A stretch of DNA of 64,000 nt, from positions 31,948,788-32,012,787 of the forward strand of contig NC_134025.1 of NCBI RefSeq assembly GCF_964204645.1. Reading direction: 5' to 3'. The notes below the pieces were generated by a model. It was not told the origin of the DNA and did not search any database. It worked only from the letters and a program-made list of their open reading frames with translations. The translations under genes and the position numbers were made by a program. Positions 55,001-64,000 of the stretch are shown piece after piece; the first letter of the stretch is position 1; every line of letters starts with the position of its first letter. The stretch comes from Tubulanus polymorphus. Taxonomy: Eukaryota; Animalia; Nemertea.

Positions 55001-58000
55001 ATTTCAAATAGATAGGTGGAAAGATTAAGAATTTTCTGGCTATTTATGCTCCTGAAGATGATGGACTCGATCTGAAATGATAGGTTAAGGTAAACTGAAC
55101 TGATTTCGAGTAGATGGACTGAAAGATACAGATTTTTCTTGCAAAATAGGGTCCTAAAGATGATGAATTCTATCTTAATTGATGGGTTAGGGTGAACTGA
55201 ACTGATTTCAAATAGATAGGTGGATAGAATCAGAATTTTCTGGCTGCCTTTGGTTCTGAAGATGATGGACTCAATCTGAAAAGATGGGCTAAGGCGAATT
55301 GAACTGATTTCAAATAGATAGGTGGAAAGATTAAGAATTTTCTGGCTATTTATGCTCCTGAAGATGATGGACTCGATCTGAAATGATAGGTTAAGGTAAA
55401 CTGAACTGATTTCGAGTAGATGGACTGAAAGATACAGATTTTTCTTGCAAAATAGGGTCCTAAAGATGATGAATTCTATCTTAATTGATGGGTTAGGGTG
55501 TACTGAACTGATTTCAAATAGATAGGTTGAAAGAATCAGAATTTTCTGGCTGCTTTTGGTTCTGAAGATGATGGATTCAATCTGAAAAGATGCGTTAAGG
55601 CGTATTGAACTGATTTCAAATAGATAGGTGGAAAGATTAAGAATTTTCTGGCTATTTATGCTCCTGAAGATGATGGACTCGATCTGAAATGATAGGTTAA
55701 GGTAAACTGAACTGATTTCGAGTAGATGGACTTAAAGATGCAGATTTTTCTTGCAAAATAGGGTCCTAAAGATGATGAGTTCTATCTTAATTGATGGGTT
55801 AGGGTGTACTGAACTGATTTCAAATAGATAGGTTGAAAGATTAAGAATTTTCTGGCTATTTATGCTCCTGAAGATGATGGACTCGATCTGAAATGATAGG
55901 TTAAGGTAAACTGAACTGATTTCGAGCAGATGGACTGAAAGATACAGATTTTTCTTGCAAAATAGGGTCCTAAAGATGATGAATTCTATCTTAATTGATG
56001 GGTTAGGGTGAACTGAACTGATTTCAAATAGATAGGTGGAAAGAATCAGAATTTTCTGGCTGCCTTTGGTTCTAAAGATGATGGACTCAATCTGAAAAGA
56101 TGGGCTAAGGCGTATTGAACTGATTTCAAATAGATAGGTGTAAAGATTAAGAATTTTCTGGCTATTTATGCTCCTGAAGATGAAGGACTCGATCTGAAAT
56201 GATAGGTTAAGGTAAACTGAACTGATTTCGAGTAGATGGACTGAAAGATACAGATTTTGCTTGCAAAATAGGGTCCTAAAGATGATGAATTCTATCTTAA
56301 TTGATGGGTTAGGGTGAACTGAACTGATTTCAAATAGATAGGTTGAAAGAATCAGAATTTTCTGGCTGCTTTTGGTTCTGAAGATGATGGATTCAATCTG
56401 AAAAGATGTGTTAAGGCGTATTGAACTGATTTCAAATAGATAGGTGGAAAGAATCAGAATTTTCTGGCTATTTATGCTCCTGAAGATGATAAACTCGATC
56501 TGAAATGATAGGTTAAGGTAAACTGAATTGATTTCGAGTAGATGGACTGAAAGATACAGAATTTTCTTGCAAAATAGGGTCCTAAAGATGATGAATTCTA
56601 TCTTAATTGATGGGTTAGGGTGTACTGAACTGATTTCAAATAGATAGGTTGAAAGAATCAGAATTTTCTGGCTGCTTTTGGTTCTGAAGATGATGGATTC
56701 AATCTGAAAAGATGGGCTAAGGCGAATTGAACTGATTTCAAATAGATAGGTGGAAAGATTAAGAATTTTCTGGCTATTTATGCTCCTGAAGATGATGGAC
56801 TCGATCTGAAATGATAGGTTAAGGTAAACTGAACTGATTTCGAGTAGATGGACTGAAAGATACAGATTTTTCTTGCAAAATAGGGTCCTAAAGATGATGA
56901 ATTCTATCTTAATTGATGGGTTAGGGTGTACTGAACTGATTTCAAATAGATAGGTTGAAAGAATCAGAATTTTCTGGCTGCTTTTGGTTCTGAAGATGAT
57001 GGATTCAATCTGAAAAGATGTGTTAAGGCGTATTGAACTGATTTAAAATAGATAGGTGGAAAGATTAAGAATTTTCTGGCTATTTATGCTCCTGAAGATG
57101 ATGGACTCGATCTGAAATGATAGGTTAAGGTAAACTGAACTGATTTCGAGCAGATGGACTGAAAGATACAGATTTTTCTTGCAAAATAGGGTCCTAAAGA
57201 TGATGAATTCTATCTTAATTGATGGGTTAGGGTGAACTGAACTGATTTCAAATAGATAGGTGGAAAGAATCAGAATTTTCTGGCTGCCTTTGGTTCTGAA
57301 GATGATGGACTCAATCTGAAAAGATGGGCTAAGGCGTATTGAACTGATTTCAAATAGATAGGTGTAAAGATTAAGAATTTTCTGGCTATTTATGCTCCTG
57401 AAGATGAAGGACTCGATCTGAAATGATAGGTTAAGGTAAACTGAACTGATTTCGAGTAGATGGACTGAAAGATACAGATTTTTCTTGCAAAATAGGGTCC
57501 TAAAGATGATGAATTCTATCTTAATTGATGGGTTAGGGTGAACTGAACTGATTTCAAATAGATAGGTTGAAAGAATCAGAATTTTATGGCTGCTTTTGGT
57601 TCTGAAGATGATGGATTCAATCTGAAAAGATGGGCTAAGGCGTATTGAACTGATTTCAAATAGATAGGTGGAAAGATTAAGAATTTTCTGGCTATTTATG
57701 CTCCTGAAGATGATGGACTCGATCTGAAATGATAGGTTAAGGTAAACTGAATTGATTTCGAGTAGATGGACTGAAAGATACAGATTTTTCTTGCAAAATA
57801 GGGTCCTAAAGATGATGAATTCTATCTTAATTGATGGGTTAGGGTGTACTGAACTGATTTCAAATAGATAGGTTGAAAGAATCAGAATTTTCTGGCTGCT
57901 TTTGGTTCTGAAGATGATGGATTCAATCTGAAAAGATGTGTTAAGGCGTATTGAACTGATTTAAAATAGATAGGTGGAACGATTATGAATTTTCTGGCTA

Positions 58001-61000
58001 TTTATGCTCCTGAAGATGATGGACTCGATCTGAAATGATAGGTTAAGGTAAACTGAACTGATTTCGAGTAGATGGACTGAAAGATACAGATTTTTCTTGC
58101 AAAATAGGGTCCTAAAGATGATGAATTCTATCTTAATTGATGGGTTAGGGTGAACTGAACTGATTTCAAATAGATAGGTTAAAAGAATCAGAATTTTCTG
58201 GCTGCTTTTGGTTCTGAAGATGATGGATTCAATCTGAAAAGATGGGCTAAGGCGTATTGAACTGATTTCAAATAGATAGGTGGAAAGATTAAGAATTTTC
58301 TGGCTATTTATGCTCCTGAAGATGATGGACTCAATCTGAAATGATAGGTTAAGGTAAACTGAACTGATTTCGAGTAGATGGACTGAAAGATACAGATTTT
58401 TCTTGCAAAATAGGGTCCTAAAGATGATGAATTCTATCTTAATTGATGGGTTAGGGTGTACTGAACTGATTTCAAATAGATAGGTTGAAAGAATCAGAAT
58501 TTTCTGGCTGCTTTTGGTTCTGAAGATGATGGATTCAATCTGAAAAGATGTGTTAAGGCGTATTGAACTGATTTCAAATAGATAGGTGCAAAGATTAAGA
58601 ATTTTCTAGCTATTGATGCTCCTGAAGATGATTGACTCGATCTGAAATGATAGGTTAGGTAGACTGAACTGATTTCGAGTAGATGGACTGAAAGATACAG
58701 ATTTTTCTTGCAAAATAGGGTCCTAAAGATGATGAGTTCTATCTTAATTGATGGGTTAGGGTGTACTGAACTGATTTCAAATAGATAGGTTGAAAGAATC
58801 AGAATTTTCTTGCTGCTTTTGGTTCTGAAGATGATGGATTTAATCTGAAAAGATGGGCTAAGGCGTATTGAACTGATTTCAAATAGATAGGTGGAAAGAT
58901 TAAGAGTTTTCTGGCTATTTATGCTCCTGAAGATGATGGACTCGATCTGAAATGATAGGTTAAGGTAAACTGAACTGATTTCGAGTAGATGGACTGAAAG
59001 ATACAAATTTTTCTTGCAAAATAGGGTCCTAAAGATGATGAATTCTATCTTAACTGATGGGTTAGGTTGAACTGAACTGATTTCAAATAGATAGGTAAAA
59101 AGAATCAGAATTTTCTGGCTGCTTTTGGTTCTGAAGATGATGGATTCAATCTGAAAAGATGTGTTAAGGCGTATTGAACTGATTTAAAATAGATAGGTGG
59201 AAAGATTAAGAATTTTCTGGCTATATGCTCCTGAAGATGATGGACTCGATCTGAAATGATAGGTTAAGGTAAACTGAACTGATTTCGAGTAGATGGACTG
59301 AAAGATACAGTTTTTTCTTGCAAAATAGGGTCCTAAAGATGATGAGTTCTATCTTAATTGATGGGTTAGGGTGTACTGAACTGATTTCAAATAGATAGGT
59401 GGAAAGATTAAGAATTTTCTGGCTATTTATGCTCCTGAAGATGATGGACTCGATCTGAAATGATAGGTTAAGGTAAACTGAACTGATTTCGAGCAGATGG
59501 ATTGAAAGATACAGATTTTTCTTGCAAAATAGGGTCCTAAAGATGATGAATTCTATCTTAATTGATGGGTTAGGGTGTACTGAACTGATTTCAAATAGAT
59601 AGGTTGAAAGAATCAGATTTTTCTGGCTGCCTTTGGTTCTCAAGATGATGGACTCAATCTGAAAAGATGGGCTAAGGCGTATTGAACTGATTTCAAATAG
59701 ATAGGTGGAAAGATTAAGAATTTTCTGGCTATTTATGCTCCTGAAGATGATGGACTCGATCTGAAATGATAGGTTAAGGTAAACTGAACTGATTTCGAGT
59801 AGATGGACTGAAAGATACAGATTTTTCTTGCAAAATAGGGTCCTAAAGATGATGAATTCTATCTTAATTGATGGGTTAGGGTGAACTGAACTGATTTCAA
59901 ATAGATAGGTGGATAGAATCAGAATTTTCTGGCTGCCTTTGGTTCTGAAGATGATGGACTCAATCTGAAAAGATGGGCTAAGGCGAATTGAACTGATTTC
60001 AAATAGATAGGTGGAAAGATTAAGAATTTTCTGGCTATTTATGCTCCTGAAGATGATGGACTCGATCTGAAATGATAGGTTAAGGTAAACTGAACTGATT
60101 TCGAGTAGATGGACTGAAAGATACAGATTTTTCTTGCAAAATAGGGTCCTAAAGATGATGAATTCTATCTTAATTGATGGGTTAGGGTGTACTGAACTGA
60201 TTTCAAATAGATAGGTTGAAAGAATCAGAATTTTCTGGCTGCTTTTGGTTCTGAAGATGATGGATTCAATCTGAAAAGATGCGTTAAGGCGTATTGAACT
60301 GATTTCAAATAGATAGGTGGAAAGATTAAGAATTTTCTGGCTATTTATGCTCCTGAAGATGATGGACTCGATCTGAAATGATAGGTTAAGGTAAACTGAA
60401 CTGATTTCGAGTAGATGGACTTAAAGATGCAGATTTTTCTTGCAAAATAGGGTCCTAAAGATGATGAGTTCTATCTTAATTGATGGGTTAGGGTGTACTG
60501 AACTGATTTCAAATAGATAGGTTGAAAGATTAAGAATTTTCTGGCTATTTATGCTCCTGAAGATGATGGACTCGATCTGAAATGATAGGTTAAGGTAAAC
60601 TGAACTGATTTCGAGCAGATGGACTGAAAGATACAGATTTTTCTTGCAAAATAGGGTCCTAAAGATGATGAATTCTATCTTAATTGATGGGTTAGGGTGA
60701 ACTGAACTGATTTCAAATAGATAGGTGGAAAGAATCAGAATTTTCTGGCTGCCTTTGGTTCTGAAGATGATGGACTCAATCTGAAAAGATGGGCTAAGGC
60801 GTATTGAACTGATTTCAAATAGATAGGTGTAAAGATTAAGAATTTTCTGGCTATTTATGCTCCTGAAGATGAAGGACTCGATCTGAAATGATAGGTTAAG
60901 GTAAACTGAACTGATTTCGAGTAGATGGACTGAAAGATACAGATTTTGCTTGCAAAATAGGGTCCTAAAGATGATGAATTCTATCTTAATTGATGGGTTA

Positions 61001-63700
61001 GGGTGAACTGAACTGATTTCAAATAGATAGGTTGAAAGAATCAGAATTTTCTGGCTGCTTTTGGTTCTGAAGATGATGGATTCAATCTGAAAAGATGTGT
61101 TAAGGCGTATTGAACTGATTTCAAATAGATAGGTGGAAAGAATCAGAATTTTCTGGCTGCTTTTGGTTCTGAAGATGATGGATTCAATCTGAAATGATGT
61201 GTTAAGGCGTATTGAACTGATTTCAAATAGATAGGTGGAAAGATTAAGAATTTTCTGGCTATTTATGCTCCTGAAGATGATAAACTCGATCTGAAATGAT
61301 AGGTTAAGGTAAACTGAATTGATTTCGAGTAGATGGACTGAAAGATACAGATTTTTCTTGCAAAATAGGGTCCTAAAGATGATGAATTCTATCTTAATTG
61401 ATGGGTTAGGGTGTACTGAACTGATTTCAAATAGATAGGTTGAAAGAATCAGAATTTTCTGGCTGCTTTTGGTTCTGAAGATGATGGATTCAATCTGAAA
61501 AGATGTGTTAAGGCGTATTGAACTGATTTCAAATAGATAGGTGGAAAGATTAAGAATTTTCTGGCTATTTATGCTCCTGAAGATGATGGACTCGATCTGA
61601 AATGATAGGTTAAGGTAAACTGAACTGATTTCGAGCAGATGGACTGAAAGATACAGATTTTTCTTGCAAAATAGGGTCCTAAAGATGATGAATTCTATCT
61701 TAATTGATGGGTTAGGGTGTACTGAACTGATTTCAAATAGATAGGTTGAAAGAATCAAAATTTTCTGGCTGCCTTTGGTTCTCAAGATGATGGACTCAAT
61801 CTGAAAAGATGGGCTAAGGCGTATTGAACTGATTTCAAATAGATAGGTGGAAAGATTAAGAATTTTCTGGCTATTTATGCTCCTGAAGATGATGGACTCG
61901 ATCTGAAATGATAGGTTAAGGTAAACTGAACTGATTTCGAGTAGATGGACTGAAAGATACAGATTTTTCTTGCAAAATAGGGTCCTAAAGATGATGAATT
62001 CTATCTTAATTGATGGGTTAGGGTGAACTGAACTGATTTCAAATAGATAGGTGGATAGAATCAGAATTTTCTGGCTGCCTTTGGTTCTGAAGATGATGGA
62101 CTCAATCTGAAAAGATGGGCTAAGGCGAATTGAACTGATTTCAAATAGATAGGTGGAAAGATTAAGAATTTTCTGGCTATTTATGCTCCTGAAGATGATG
62201 GACTCAATCTGAAATGATAGGTTAAGGTAAACTGAACTGATTTCGAGTAGATGGACTTAAAGATACAGATTTTTCTTGCAAAATAGGGTCCTAAAGATGA
62301 TGAGTTCTATCTTAATTGATGGGTTAGGGTGTACTGAACTGATTTCAAATAGATAGGTTGAAAGATTAAGAATTTTCTGGCTATTTATGCTCCTGAAGAT
62401 GATGGACTCGATCTGAAATGATAGGTTAAGGTAAACTGAACTGATTTCGAGCAGATGGACTGAAAGATACAGATTTTTCTTGCAAAATAGGGTCCTAAAG
62501 ATGATGAATTCTATCTTAATTGATGGGTTAGGGTGAACTGAACTGATTTCAAATAGATAGGTGGAAAGAATCAGAATTTTCTGGCTGCCTTTGGTTCTGA
62601 AGATGATGGACTCAATCTGAAAAGATGGGCTAAGGCGTATTGAACTGATTTCAAATAGATAGGTGTAAAGATTAAGAATTTTCTGGCTATTTATGCTCCT
62701 GAAGATGAAGGACTCGATCTGAAATGATAGGTTAAGGTAAACTGAACTGATTTCGAGTAGATGGACTGAAAGATACAGATTTTTCTTGCAAAATAGGGTC
62801 CTAAAGATGATGAGTTCTATCTTAATTGATGGGTTAGGGTGAACTGAACTGATTTCAAATAGATAGGTTGAAAGAATCAGAATTTTATGGCTGCTTTTGG
62901 TTCTGAAGATGATGGATTCAATCTGAAAAGATGGGCTAAGGCGTATTGAACTGATTTCAAATAGATAGGTGGAAAGATTAAGAATTTTCTGGCTATTTAT
63001 GCTCCTGAAGATGATGGACTCGATCTGAAATGATAGGTTAAGGTAAACTGAATTGATTTCGAGTAGATGGATTGATAGATACAGATTTTTCTTGCAAAAT
63101 AGGGTCCTAAAGATGATGAATTCTATCTTAATTGATCGGTTAGGGTGTACTGAACTGATTTCAAATAGATAGGTTGAAAGAATCAGAATTTTCTGGCTGC
63201 TTTTGGTTCTGAAGATGATGGATTCAATCTGAAAAGATGTGTTAAGGCGTATTGAACTGATTTAAAATAGATAGGTGGAAAGATTCAGAATTTTCTGGCT
63301 ATTTATGCTCCTGAAGATGATGGACTCGATCTGAAATGATAGGTTAAGGTAAACTGAACTGATTTCGAGTAGATGGACTGAAAGATACAGATTTTTCTTG
63401 CAAAATAGGGTCCTAAAGATGATGAATTCTATCTTAATTGATGGGTTAGGGTGAACTGAACTGATTTCAAATAGATAGGTTAAAAGAATCAGAATTTTCT
63501 GGCTGCTTTTGGTTCTGAAGATGATGGATTCAATCTGAAAAGATGGGCTAAGGCGTATTGAACTGATTTCAAATAGATAGGTGGAAAGATTAAGAATTTT
63601 CTGGCTATTTATGCTCCTGAAGATGATTGACTCGATCTGAAATGATAGGTTAGGTAGACTGAACTGATTTCGAGTAGATGGACTGAAAGATACAGATTTT
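49050..63700 (+). repeat. Multi-kb higher-order block repeated with spacings of 3159, 4689 and 5301 bp (4th copy partial and diverged)
   Basis: The marker aattttatggctg occurs at 49732, 52891, 57580 and 62881. Identical 170-aa ORFs lie at 50646, 53805 and 58494. The spacings are 31, 46 and 52 monomers, each minus 3 bp. Confidence 0.9.
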
Positions 63701-64000
63701 TCTTGCAAAATAGGGTCCTAAAGATGATGAGTTCTATCTTAATTGATGGGTTAGGGTGTACTGAACTGATTTCAAATAGATAGGTTGAAAGAATCAGAAT
63801 TTTCTGGTTGCTTTTGGTTCTGAAGATGATGGATTCAATCTGAAAAGGTGTTAAGGCGTATTGAACTGATTTCAAATAGATAGGTGCAAAGATTAAGAAT
63901 TTTTTAGCTATTTATGCTCCTGAAGACGATGGACTCGATCTGAAATGATAGGTTAAGGTAGACTGAACTGATTCTGAATAGATGGACTGAAAGATATAGA

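Larger units (their letters stand above)
1..64000. repeat. Tandem satellite DNA array, 102-bp monomer, basic 306-bp (ABC) higher-order unit; extends beyond the left edge and at least to the right edge
   Basis: The motif gaactgattt recurs every 102 bp throughout, and I saw no unique sequence or inversion. All ORF-track translations are permutations of the same three 34-aa units. Confidence 0.99.

Noticed and set aside
7956-63875. All 24 minus-strand ORFs as protein-coding genes
   Set aside because: They are translations of the satellite with no unique N- or C-terminal domain. Their ends are set by sporadic SNPs and amplified frameshifts, many starts are non-ATG, and the composition is typical of an antisense shadow.
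1-64000. CRISPR array (conserved gaactgattt block with variable intervals)
   Set aside because: The intervals are homologous to each other rather than unique spacers, and no cas genes or leader are present.
1-64000. Telomere or interstitial telomeric tract, or G-quadruplex array
   Set aside because: There are only about 1.5 TTAGGG units per B monomer, never a tandem run, and there are not four closely spaced G3 tracts.
1-64000. Tandem 5S rRNA, tRNA or spliced-leader RNA gene array
   Set aside because: I could not recognise Pol III A/B/C boxes, a cloverleaf or 5S sequence, and the strong G>C skew is unfavourable for a structured RNA. An Infernal/Rfam scan would be the formal test.
1-64000. 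Transposon insertion or inversion within the array
   Set aside because: The 102-bp register is kept between all markers checked, apart from 1-2 bp indels, and all monomers seen have the same orientation.
1-64000. Assignment to a named satellite family or CENP-B box
   Set aside because: I do not recognise the monomer. ttcgagtagatgga resembles TTCG-N4-A-N2-CGGG only in its first half. A Dfam/Repbase/BLASTn search is needed.

Overview
The whole 64 kb window is one uninterrupted head-to-tail satellite DNA array of about 627 monomers of 102 bp. It is about 35% GC with a strong G>C skew on the + strand, and is most likely eukaryotic (peri)centromeric or heterochromatic DNA; the organism cannot be identified from the sequence. 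Three monomer families (A, B, C; 75-83% identical by my manual alignment) form a basic 306-bp ABC unit, with 204-bp AB and rare 408-bp ABCC variants. On top of this sit nested higher-order duplications with offsets of 815, 1019, 2039/2040, 3159, 4689, 5301, 16521 and 20191/20803 bp. Each offset equals n x 102 minus the visible indels. The array splits into two sub-domains with different diagnostic variants near 33.5-34 kb, and divergence rises in the last ~200 bp. I found no credible gene, RNA gene, transposon or CRISPR. The minus-strand ORFs (up to 3355 aa) follow from a stop-free 34-codon unit being repeated and are cut by amplified frameshifts. The most curious signal is the in-register + strand frame, which reads like a 34-aa protein repeat interrupted by TAG/TGA. 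A coding origin or recoded reading is a testable but weakly supported hypothesis.
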